In this document: piece by piece, positions 1-8,355 of the stretch | Layout: each line of letters starts with the position of its first letter | Position numbering within the stretch: position 1 is the first letter of the stretch | NCBI GenBank assembly: GCA_964567595.1 | Contig: CAZMNF010000007.1 | Location: 1 to 58,992 of the forward strand | From: an uncultured Thermotogae bacterium | Lineage (GTDB): Bacteria > Bipolaricaulota > Bipolaricaulia > RBG-16-55-9 | Direction: 5' to 3' | DNA length: 58,992 bases | The notes under the pieces: model-generated | Databases searched by the model: none | Seen by the model: only the letters and a program-made list of their open reading frames with translations | What the model was told of the DNA's origin: nothing | Made by a program: the position numbers and the translations under genes

Positions 1-55
1 GTTTCCCCGGAAGGGGATGCTGATGGTACGCCAGCGCTTCCTGTTCCGTCGTCAT
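1..55 (-). CDS. maeB: NADP-dependent malic enzyme, N-terminus (truncated by window edge)
   Basis: Manual translation from ATG at 55 gives MTTEQEALAYHQHPLPGK, matching the ALxYHxxPxPGK start of MaeB-type malic enzymes; AGGGG RBS upstream. Only 18 codons visible. Confidence 0.65.
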   Translation of the reverse strand, partial: MTTEQEALAYHQHPLPGK

Positions 56-315
56 GACAATCGCCCCTGTTGTTGACAGAAGATCACCGGCCTTAACGTA
101 AGCCGCATCGTCGACCGCGGCCATGACGGCCATCAACACGCCCATGCTCGGTCGGGCGAGCCGGGCGTGTCCGGCGAACCAGATTGGGGCGGGATCTCTG
201 GCCTCTTGTCGTGGCGGCGCCAGGGGGGTCAAGCCGTTCAGGAGGAGGGCGGCGTGATCTACACGCGCACTCGCGGCGCGATCGGGGATCGGCTCGATCT
301 GATCTCGTGTCCTGG

Positions 316-564
316 TTATTTGGACGGAACTCGGCGTTGGCGAACGCTGCGAAGCAGCCAGCCGATCGCGACACCGACCGCGAGGACGACGAACAACATC
401 AGGGCCCGCGAGGTCGTGAGCGACCACACGAAGAGCTGGACGGTGGTGGCTTCGGCATTTTGCAACGTAAAGACCACGATCAGGACGGCCAGTACCAGGG
501 TGCTGACGAGCCGGACGTTGCTCGGGCCGGGTTGCGGGCGTTGCGGTTCGGTCTGTTTGGACAT
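316..564 (-). CDS. LapA/DUF1049-family small membrane protein
   Basis: 82 aa, two hydrophobic segments around the FxLQN...VxLF motif; AGGGG RBS. Confidence 0.75.
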   Translation of the reverse strand: MSKQTEPQRPQPGPSNVRLVSTLVLAVLIVVFTLQNAEATTVQLFVWSLTTSRALMLFVVLAVGVAIGWLLRSVRQRRVPSK

Positions 565-589
565 AGCCCCTTGCTAGCATACCCAGCGA

Positions 590-1009
590 TCAAGTGCCAA
601 ATGCGGCACCGCTCGGGCAATCGAGCTCCGGCACAAAGGGCTTAATGTCCACGATGGGCGTCCCGTCCAGCGCCTCGAGGCCGCGCACGGTCACGGTGTG
701 ACCGTCGACGGCGACCAGCTCGCAGACCGTCAACCCGATCGGGTTGGGTCGGGCCGGCGATCGAGACGCCAAGATGCCGCGCTCCTCGTCCCATCGGAGA
801 TGGCGATCGCTGGTGACGACGTCGCGATCGGCCCGGTCTGCCCAGAAGAGCACCCAGATGTGCGCATACGCATCGAGCCCGACGAGTGCCGCCTCGAATC
901 GTTCCTCGATCGCCAACGTAGACGTCCCCTCCGACCAGGCGCCCTGGCGGGGCGCATCCTCACGGGTCGAGTACGGGGAGCGCACGACGCCGATCGGGAC
1001 GCATTCCAT
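590..1009 (-). CDS. tsaA: tRNA m6t6A37 methyltransferase TrmO/TsaA family
   Basis: PIGVVRSPY..APRQG, SRSPARPNPIGLT and GLEALDGTPIVDIKPF motifs. Start moved to the second Met (ORF track starts at 1051, overlapping iorB). Confidence 0.9.
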   Translation of the reverse strand: MECVPIGVVRSPYSTREDAPRQGAWSEGTSTLAIEERFEAALVGLDAYAHIWVLFWADRADRDVVTSDRHLRWDEERGILASRSPARPNPIGLTVCELVAVDGHTVTVRGLEALDGTPIVDIKPFVPELDCPSGAAFGT

Positions 1010-1022
1010 GGGGCGCTTTCGG

Positions 1023-1637
1023 TCACGCGGCTCCGGCCGAATGCTCGGCATCGGCCCAAGCGATCCCGGCCTCGAAGGCGGCGACGTTCAGGTCGACGGT
1101 GTTCGGGGGGACGAGCTCGCGAAGCGCCTGGCGCCACGAGGCCAGTCCCACGTCGAGCTGGGTCGACAGCGCGCCGAGCGTCACCGTATTGGCCAGTTTC
1201 GGGTTCCCCAGTCGGTCAGCGTGATCCAAGCCCGGCACCATCCAGACGCGATCGGTGTGATAACGGAGAATCCCGGCCACGTTGTCCGGATAGGCGGCCG
1301 CTTTGAGCGATTCCAACGGCGGCGCCACCCGCTGGTCGTTGACGACGACGATCCCGCCTTCCGCCACATACGTCAGATAACGGAGGGATTCCAACCGTTC
1401 AAAAGCGAGCAGGACGTCGGCCTCGCCCTGGGGGATCATGGGCGAGAGGACCTCGCCATGGCCGTAGCGCACCGTGCTGAAGACGGATCCGCCGCGTTGC
1501 GACATCCCGTGGACTTCCGACGTGGCGACCTCGCGGCCGTCGATCTCGGCGGCTCGGGCGACGATCCGCCCAGCCAGCACCGAGCCTTGGCCGCCGACCC
1601 CGGCAAGCGCGATGTCCACCGTCTCGATGCGGCTCAT
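1023..1637 (-). CDS. iorB: Indolepyruvate:ferredoxin oxidoreductase beta subunit
   Basis: AGVGGQG and SEVHGMSQRGGSV motifs; ATGA overlap with the upstream iorA. Confidence 0.93.
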   Translation of the reverse strand: MSRIETVDIALAGVGGQGSVLAGRIVARAAEIDGREVATSEVHGMSQRGGSVFSTVRYGHGEVLSPMIPQGEADVLLAFERLESLRYLTYVAEGGIVVVNDQRVAPPLESLKAAAYPDNVAGILRYHTDRVWMVPGLDHADRLGNPKLANTVTLGALSTQLDVGLASWRQALRELVPPNTVDLNVAAFEAGIAWADAEHSAGAA

Positions 1638-4627
1638 GAGGACCTCCGTCGATTGAGGAAGCGGACGACGCTGTCGGCGACGCGGCGACCGGTGGCGATT
1701 CCCTGGGTTACGGTGCCGTGGCCGAACGCCGCGTCCCCACAGGCAAACACGTTCGGATCGACCGTCGCGCCCGTGAAGTCGATCGCAATACGACTGCCGT
1801 CCCGCGCGTGGCCGTGCGCCAGCAACGACAGATCAGGCCGCTCGCCGACGGCCAGGACCACCGAGTCGGCGTTCATGTCGGTCGTTGCGCCCTCGATCGG
1901 CTCGGGGCGTTGGCGGCCATCCTCGTCGGGCTCGCCCAATCGCATCCGTTGAAGTTGGAGCCCGGTGACTTGCCCATCGAGACTCCGCAGGCGCTGCGGG
2001 GCCACCAGGAACTCGAACGCCACGCCCTCCGCACGGGCCTCGGCGACCTCGTCAGGAATCGCGGGCATTTCGGCCTCGGTCCGTCGATAGCAGACGGTCA
2101 CCTCGGCGCCGAGCCGACGGGCCGTGCGGGCGCAGTCGATCGCCGTGTTGCCGCCGCCGATGACAACCACGCGCGGGCCGAGCTCCAGTGCCTCGCCGCC
2201 GTTGGAGCGCCGCAACAGCTCGAGGCCGTCCCAGAAGCCGCGGATGGACGGCCCCCTCCCCTCCAGTTGGATCTCGCGCGGCTGATCCAGGCCCACGCCG
2301 AGCACGACGGCGTCGAATTCGGCCTTGAGGTTGTCGAACGAGCGGTCCCGGCCGATGCGGATGCCACACTGAATCTCGACCCCGATCGCCTTGAGCCGGT
2401 CGATCTCGCCATCAAGGACGGCTTTGTCCAAGCGGAAGTCGGGGATGCCCTCGCGCATCATGCCGCCAGGTTCGCCGGATGACTCGAAGACCGTCACGCC
2501 GATGCCGGTCCGTCGGAGGTGCCAGGCGGCCGAGAGCCCGGCCGGACCGGAGCCGACGATCGCGACGTGCTCGGGACGGTCCGTCTGCGGCGCGAATTCA
2601 GCCCCCGTGTAGTCCGCCAACCCGACGTCGCCCACATGCCGTTCCACGGCCTGGACCGAAAGCCGTTGGCTGTCGGTGGTCAAAGGGAACGCGCGGACGA
2701 GCTCGGGGAACCGCTCGGCGCGCTGCGAGCCCTGCGGCCAGCCGAGCGCGTTCGTCTCGTGCTCACACGGGTGCGGGCAGACGCGGCCCGAGACGGCAGG
2801 GAACGGGTTGACGTCCAGGATCGTTTCCAACGCCCTGGCGTCCTGGCCCTCGCTGACGAGCTCAAGCACGCGCGGAATATCGGCTCCAGCGTTGCAGTCG
2901 GAACAGACTTGCTGGCAGTGCGTGCAGGCGATGCACAGCATCCCGTCGACCTGGAGGGTCCCGTTCTCGTCGATGCTGATACCGGGGCAGCCGACGGTCG
3001 TGCAGGCGTGGCAGTCGGCACACCTCGCGCGATCGATCCGGACGGGCTCGTCGAACTGCGTCCGTTCCAGCAGGACGCAGGGGGCCTCCGCGACAATCAC
3101 CGAGAGCGTGTCGCGGCTCAACGCGTCGTTCAGCGCATCCCGTGTGGCGTCGAGGTCGTAGGGATCAACGCGGGCGACGTGCTCGATGCCGAGTCCCCGA
3201 CAGAGCTCTTCCAGGTCGACGACACGAGTCGGCTCACCACGGACGTCCTTGCCCACGCCCGGATGGCCCTGATGGCCGGTCATGGCCGTTGTGTGGTTGT
3301 CCATGACGACGACGGTGCTCATGCCGCCGTTGTAGAGCACGTCGACCAGTCCCGGGATGCCGGAGTGATAGAACGTGGAGTCGCCGATGACCGCCACTAA
3401 GTTCTCGCGCTCGGCTTGGCCCATGACCTTGGCCATGCCGTGAGCCATCCCGATGGAGGCCCCCATGTTCATGCAGGTGTCCATCGCGCCCAACGGCGGC
3501 AGCGCGCCCAAGGTGTAACACCCGATGTCGCCCGTCACCGTGGCGCCGAGTTCGCTGAGCACAGTGAAGACGCCGCGATGGCCGCAGCCGGGACAGAGCG
3601 CGGGCGGGCGCGGCGGCAGCGGCGGGACGCTGGTCTGAGTCCCTTGACCATCTGCCCCATCCAGGGCCGCTCGGAGCGCGTCCACGGACAGTTCGCCCGT
3701 GCGCGGCAGGCGATCCTTGCCGATGACGTCAATGCCGAGCGCGCGGACCTGCTCCTCCAAAAACGGTTCCAGTTCCTCGGCCACCAGGATCGTTGAGCGA
3801 CCCTCGGCGAAGTCCGTGACAACTCGGCGCGGCAGCGGATGGGTCAGGCCGAGTTTCAGGACGGCCGCGTCGGGGAACGCCTCGCGGGCATAGGGGAACG
3901 CCGACCCGGCTGTGATGATGGCGAGGTCGCCGCTGCCCTCGAATATCTCGGCCCAGCGCTCGGCCTCGGCTTCCAATTGAGGCATTCGGTCCGTCTCGAT
4001 CCAGCTGTGGCGAATCCGCCCGTGGGCCGGCAGCACGACGTACTTCTGGGGCCGCTTGCGATACGGCTTGCGATCCACGCCGTGTCGCTCGTCCAGTTCG
4101 ACGGGGCCGGTACCGTGGGAAATCCGCGTCGTGGTGCGCAGCATGACGGGCGTGTCGTGGCGCTCGGACAGCTCAAAAGCCCGTCCTGCAAAGGCTTTGG
4201 CCTCCCACGGTGTGGCAGGCTCCAACAGGGGGAGCCGAGCGGCGCGGGCCAACAGCCGATTGTCCTGTTCGTTCTGCGAGGAGTGCATGCCGGGATCGTC
4301 GGCGGAAACGATGACCAGGCCGCCGTTGACGCCCATGTAGGAGGCTGAAAAAAGCGGATCGGCCGCGACGTTGACCCCGACGTGCTTCATGGCCGCCAGG
4401 GCCCGTCCGCCGGCGACGGAGGCGCCGACGGCTACCTCCAGCGCGACCTTCTCGTTGGTGGACCACTCGCAGTTGACGCCGTCGAAATGCGCCAGATTTT
4501 CCAAAATCTCCGTGCTCGGCGTCCCGGGATAGGCCGCCGCCACGTGGACGCCGCCCTCCCAGACGCCGCGCGCGACCGCGGCGTTGCCCGACATCAGCCT
4601 ATCGGCCGTCTTGGCGATTGGAGCCAT
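1634..4627 (-). CDS. iorA: IorA alpha subunit fused to a C-terminal GltD-like FAD/NADP(H) oxidoreductase
   Basis: aa 1-575: YPGTPSTEI, NEKVALE, DDPGMHSSQNEQD, CPGCGHR, GDIGCY, TPP motif GDSTF..N and a ferredoxin domain. Remainder: NPFPAVSGRVCPHPCE, GSGPAG, GGGNTA, YRR, GD..G.TV. Confidence 0.92.
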   Translation of the reverse strand: MAPIAKTADRLMSGNAAVARGVWEGGVHVAAAYPGTPSTEILENLAHFDGVNCEWSTNEKVALEVAVGASVAGGRALAAMKHVGVNVAADPLFSASYMGVNGGLVIVSADDPGMHSSQNEQDNRLLARAARLPLLEPATPWEAKAFAGRAFELSERHDTPVMLRTTTRISHGTGPVELDERHGVDRKPYRKRPQKYVVLPAHGRIRHSWIETDRMPQLEAEAERWAEIFEGSGDLAIITAGSAFPYAREAFPDAAVLKLGLTHPLPRRVVTDFAEGRSTILVAEELEPFLEEQVRALGIDVIGKDRLPRTGELSVDALRAALDGADGQGTQTSVPPLPPRPPALCPGCGHRGVFTVLSELGATVTGDIGCYTLGALPPLGAMDTCMNMGASIGMAHGMAKVMGQAERENLVAVIGDSTFYHSGIPGLVDVLYNGGMSTVVVMDNHTTAMTGHQGHPGVGKDVRGEPTRVVDLEELCRGLGIEHVARVDPYDLDATRDALNDALSRDTLSVIVAEAPCVLLERTQFDEPVRIDRARCADCHACTTVGCPGISIDENGTLQVDGMLCIACTHCQQVCSDCNAGADIPRVLELVSEGQDARALETILDVNPFPAVSGRVCPHPCEHETNALGWPQGSQRAERFPELVRAFPLTTDSQRLSVQAVERHVGDVGLADYTGAEFAPQTDRPEHVAIVGSGPAGLSAAWHLRRTGIGVTVFESSGEPGGMMREGIPDFRLDKAVLDGEIDRLKAIGVEIQCGIRIGRDRSFDNLKAEFDAVVLGVGLDQPREIQLEGRGPSIRGFWDGLELLRRSNGGEALELGPRVVVIGGGNTAIDCARTARRLGAEVTVCYRRTEAEMPAIPDEVAEARAEGVAFEFLVAPQRLRSLDGQVTGLQLQRMRLGEPDEDGRQRPEPIEGATTDMNADSVVLAVGERPDLSLLAHGHARDGSRIAIDFTGATVDPNVFACGDAAFGHGTVTQGIATGRRVADSVVRFLNRRRSS

Positions 4628-4756
4628 GATGTCCTCCTCAAGGGATAGAACCCTACCTCCATGATCGACGGGCGACCATGACGACGATCAACATGGCCTT
4701 ACCTGTTGTATCTCAGGTTTGGCGTTGATATTCATCATTCGTCCGGGGCACATTGG

Positions 4757-4765
4757 TGATAGAAT
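4757..4765 (+). promoter_or_regulatory. Extended -10 element (TGaTAGAAT) for gdh
   Basis: TGnTAGAAT about 70 nt upstream of the gdh ATG, in the divergent iorA/gdh intergenic region. An ACCTG-N8-CAGGT inverted repeat lies at 4701-4718. Confidence 0.45.
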
Positions 4766-4835
4766 GGCCCACGGGCAGAGCCGTTAGGCTCCGTCGAAGC
4801 ACAGCGGCACATCGTTCGATCTCAAGGAGGGCGGC

Positions 4836-6104
4836 ATGAAGGACCTGCAGCGACAGACGGAGATCAGCATGCTGGAGACGGCCCGCCATTTCTTTGACAG
4901 GGCGGCGGATCACATTCACCTCGAGGACGCGCTCCGCGAGCTGTTGCGGTACCCCAAGCGGAAGCTGACTGTCAACTTCCCCGTGCGCATGGACGACGGC
5001 GACACGCAACACATCGAAGCCTATCGCATCCAGCACCATCAGGTGCTCGGCCCGACGAAGGGCGGCATCCGCTATCACCCCGACGTCACCCACGAGGAGG
5101 TTGAGGCGCTGGCGGTGCTCATGGCCTGGAAGTGTGCCGTGATGCACCTGCCCTTCGGCGGCGCCAAAGGCGGCGTCCGCTGCCATCCCAAGGACATGAG
5201 CGAGGGCGAGCTGGAGCGCATGACGCGACGCTTTGCGGCCGAGATCGCCCCCATCATCGGCCCCGACGTGGACATCCCCGCACCGGACGTCTACACGGGC
5301 CAACGCGAGATGGCCTGGATCGTGGATACGCTCAGCATGCACAACAACGCCCAGTTCATGCCCGGCTCGATCACGGGCAAACCGCTCATCCTGGGCGGCT
5401 CCAAGGGCCGCAGCACCGCCACCGGGCGCGGCGGCTTCTTCGTGGCGCTGCAGCTGTTGAAGGAACTCGGCCTCGAGCCGTCCGATGCCACCGTGGCCGT
5501 CAACGGCTTCGGCAATGCCGGCACGGTCTTTGCGACCAACTTCCACGAGCTCGGCGCCAAGGTGATCGCGGTCAGTGACTCCAGCGGCGGGATCTACAAC
5601 GCGGACGGGCTCGACATGCCCCACGTCCAAAAGCACAAGGACCAAACCGGCTCGGTTCAAGATTTCCCCGGGGCCGATTCCATATCCAACGACGAGCTGC
5701 TCGAGCTGGAGTGCGACGTGCTGGCGCCCGCCGCGCTGGAGAACGTGCTCCACCGCGACAACGCGGACAACATCCAGGCAAAATCCGTCATTGAGCTGGC
5801 CAACGGCCCAACGACGCTGGAGGCCGACGAGATCCTTTACGACAACGGCGTCGCCGTCGTGCCCGACATCCTGGCCAACGCGGGCGGCGTGACGGTCAGC
5901 TACTTCGAGTGGGTCCAAGATCGGCAGTTCTACTTCTGGAGCGCCGAGGACGTGGACACCAAGTTGAAGGAGTTCATGGATCACGCGTTCCAGCAGGTCT
6001 GGCAAACCCACCAGAAGGACGGCATCAACATGCGCACGGCGGCCTACGTGGTCGCCGTCGACCGCGTAGCGGAGGCGGCACGAGCCCGCGGCCTCTACGC
6101 CTAG
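4836..6104 (+). CDS. gdhA: Glu/Leu/Phe/Val dehydrogenase (glutamate dehydrogenase)
   Basis: GPTKGGIRY, LPFGGAKGG, DIPAPD, GFGNAG, ANGP and PDILANAGGVTVSYFEW motifs; AAGGAGG RBS. Confidence 0.95.
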   Translation: MKDLQRQTEISMLETARHFFDRAADHIHLEDALRELLRYPKRKLTVNFPVRMDDGDTQHIEAYRIQHHQVLGPTKGGIRYHPDVTHEEVEALAVLMAWKCAVMHLPFGGAKGGVRCHPKDMSEGELERMTRRFAAEIAPIIGPDVDIPAPDVYTGQREMAWIVDTLSMHNNAQFMPGSITGKPLILGGSKGRSTATGRGGFFVALQLLKELGLEPSDATVAVNGFGNAGTVFATNFHELGAKVIAVSDSSGGIYNADGLDMPHVQKHKDQTGSVQDFPGADSISNDELLELECDVLAPAALENVLHRDNADNIQAKSVIELANGPTTLEADEILYDNGVAVVPDILANAGGVTVSYFEWVQDRQFYFWSAEDVDTKLKEFMDHAFQQVWQTHQKDGINMRTAAYVVAVDRVAEAARARGLYA

Positions 6105-6110
6105 CGCATC

Positions 6111-6194
6111 GATGGGCGACCCCGATCGCCCATCCGAAAACCCCTCCTTTGGATGCGGAGAGCCGGCGCCCGAGCGTCCCGGGCGCCGGCTCTC
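6111..6194. terminator. Two strong hairpins between convergent gdh and OFOR-beta genes
   Basis: GATGGGCGA/TCGCCCATC 9-bp stem (6111-6134) and a perfect 15-bp stem GAGAGCCGGCGCCCG/CGGGCGCCGGCTCTC (6158-6194). No clear U-tract. Confidence 0.6.
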
Positions 6195-6244
6195 GGCGTG
6201 TCGCCGATGGCTCGATCGGAGATTGACTCGGCTGGATCGTCGCG

Positions 6245-7165
6245 TCACTGGGGGCGGCCAGCGTCGCGGGTCAGCCGGTCCCAGCGCTTGTCGACCTCGG
6301 CCTGGATCTGTTCCAGGGCCTCGTCGCTGAGATCGCGGAAACGGCCCTGGGCACGGAAGTAAGCCCCGACCGGCAGTCCCCTCGGTTCCACGTTGATGGT
6401 CACGTGCTCGCCGTGGGTCATCTCGTAGAGCGGGAAGACCTTCGTGTCCACGGCCAATCGGGCGACGTCGATGGACGCCTCGGCGTCGATCTTCCAGCCC
6501 GGCGGACACGGCGAGAACAGATGGATGAACGTCGTCCCGCTGGTCCCCTGCGCCCTCTGGAACTTCTCGACGAGGTCATCGGGATACGCCACGCTCGCCG
6601 TGGCGATGTAGGGAACCTCGTGAGCGGCCAGAATGCGAACGATGTCCTTCTTGGGCCGAGCTTTCAGGCCGCCCTTGGGCGTCGTCGTCGTCCAGGCGCC
6701 TTCGGGCGTGGCGCCGCTGCGCTGGATGCCGGTGTTCATGTAGGCTTCGTTGTCGTAGCAGACGTAGAGGATATCTTCGTTGCGTTCCGCGGCGCCCGAG
6801 AGAGCTTGCAGGCCGATGTCGAACGTGCCGCCGTCGCCGGCCCAGGCCATGACGGTCACGTCGTCTTGGCCCTGCATCGCCAGCGAGGCGCGTAGGCCCG
6901 ACGCCGTGGCTGCGGCCGTCTCGAACGCCGTGTGGAACAGCGGGACGTCGACGGTGGATGTCGGGTACGGCCCAGCGATGATGGACCAACAGCACGCCGG
7001 CACCACGACCATCGTCCGCTCGCCGAGGGCCTTCAGCGCCAGCCGCATGGCGAGACTCGCTCCACATCCCGGACACGCCAGGTGCCCAGGGTGCATGTGC
7101 TCGCGCGCGGGAATCTGGAAGTTCGTCGTCCGTCCGTTTGTGGTCAGCTGTTTGGATGGGGTCAT
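6245..7165 (-). CDS. 2-oxoacid:ferredoxin oxidoreductase beta subunit (PorB/VorB-like)
   Basis: GHLACPGCG, TPP motif GDGG..DIG..YDNEAYMNTG, SPCPPGW. Confidence 0.92.
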   Translation of the reverse strand: MTPSKQLTTNGRTTNFQIPAREHMHPGHLACPGCGASLAMRLALKALGERTMVVVPACCWSIIAGPYPTSTVDVPLFHTAFETAAATASGLRASLAMQGQDDVTVMAWAGDGGTFDIGLQALSGAAERNEDILYVCYDNEAYMNTGIQRSGATPEGAWTTTTPKGGLKARPKKDIVRILAAHEVPYIATASVAYPDDLVEKFQRAQGTSGTTFIHLFSPCPPGWKIDAEASIDVARLAVDTKVFPLYEMTHGEHVTINVEPRGLPVGAYFRAQGRFRDLSDEALEQIQAEVDKRWDRLTRDAGRPQ

Positions 7166-8355
7166 CGCGACCTCCCGTTCGTGGCCGTGGCCACGGCTTC
7201 GGCCTGCTTGAGGCCGATCCAGTAGGGTTCCTCCGACGGGCGATCGCTCGTTTGGGCCGTGTCGACGACCTCGTGGATCGTGTCCGGCGTGATGTCGCGT
7301 CCGCCGAGTCCCGCCACAAAGCCGAAGACCGTCGGTGCGTCGGGTTGGCCGTAAAGCGCGCTCTTCAGCTCGGCGTGGAAGATCCCGTGGTGGCCGAACG
7401 ACAGGTTGCGATCGAGGACGGCCACCTTGGGGGTGCCGAGCAGCGCCTCTCGGACCGCTTCAAAGGGGAACGGCCGGAACACGCGGAGTTTCAACAGGCC
7501 GACCTTCTCGCCGTGGGCGCGGCGCTCGTCGATGACCTCGCGGGCCGTGCTGGTGATCGTCGAGGCCGTGACCACGACGACGTCGGCGTCGGCCGTGCGG
7601 TAGGCTTCAACCTGCCCGTAGAAGCGCCCGAAGCGCTCGCCGTAGTCGCGGCCGACCTCGTCGATGGCGTCCTTGGCTTCCACGAAGCCCTGCTGGATCT
7701 TGTGCCGGAACTCGAAATATCCATCGGGCGTGACGAGCGAGCCGAAGGCGTGCGGGTCCTCGACGTCCATCTTGACGGTCGGCTCGTACGGCGGCAGAAA
7801 GGCGTCGACCTCGGCTTGATCGGGGATCTCGACGGGCTCGGACGTGTGCGAGAGGAAGAACGCGTCCAGCACGATCATCGTGGGCAACTTCACCTGCTCC
7901 GCGATCTTGAACGCTTGGAGGGTCGTGTCGAGCACCTCCTGGTTGGACTCACAGTAGATTTGCAGCCACCCCGTGTCGCGCTGGGCGAGGCTGTCGGTCT
8001 GCTCGCTCCAGATCGACCAGGCCGGGGCCATCGCTCGATTGACCTCGGCCATGACGATCGGGAGCCGCGCGCCCGCTGCCCAGTGGAGCACCTCGTGCAT
8101 CAACGCCAATCCTTGGGACGAGGTGGCGGTAAACGCCCGCGATCCGCCCGCGGAGGCGCCGATGCAGCTGGCCATTGCCGAGTGCTCCGATTCGACCTTG
8201 ACGAACTCCGCATCCAGATCGCCCTTGGCGCAGAGCTCCGCCAGTTCCTCGACGATCCCCGTCTGGGGCGTGATCGGGTACGCCGCGATCACGTCGACGC
8301 GCGCCAGTTGGGCGCCGATTGAGGCGGCATGGTTGCCCATCATTACGCGCTTCAT
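7162..8355 (-). CDS. 2-oxoacid:ferredoxin oxidoreductase alpha subunit (PorA/VorA-like)
   Basis: AYPITPQT, ESEHSA, TATSSQGL, GLGGRD motifs. Start at 8355 overlaps the upstream stop (ATGA), with GAAGG RBS. Confidence 0.92.
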   Translation of the reverse strand: MKRVMMGNHAASIGAQLARVDVIAAYPITPQTGIVEELAELCAKGDLDAEFVKVESEHSAMASCIGASAGGSRAFTATSSQGLALMHEVLHWAAGARLPIVMAEVNRAMAPAWSIWSEQTDSLAQRDTGWLQIYCESNQEVLDTTLQAFKIAEQVKLPTMIVLDAFFLSHTSEPVEIPDQAEVDAFLPPYEPTVKMDVEDPHAFGSLVTPDGYFEFRHKIQQGFVEAKDAIDEVGRDYGERFGRFYGQVEAYRTADADVVVVTASTITSTAREVIDERRAHGEKVGLLKLRVFRPFPFEAVREALLGTPKVAVLDRNLSFGHHGIFHAELKSALYGQPDAPTVFGFVAGLGGRDITPDTIHEVVDTAQTSDRPSEEPYWIGLKQAEAVATATNGRSR

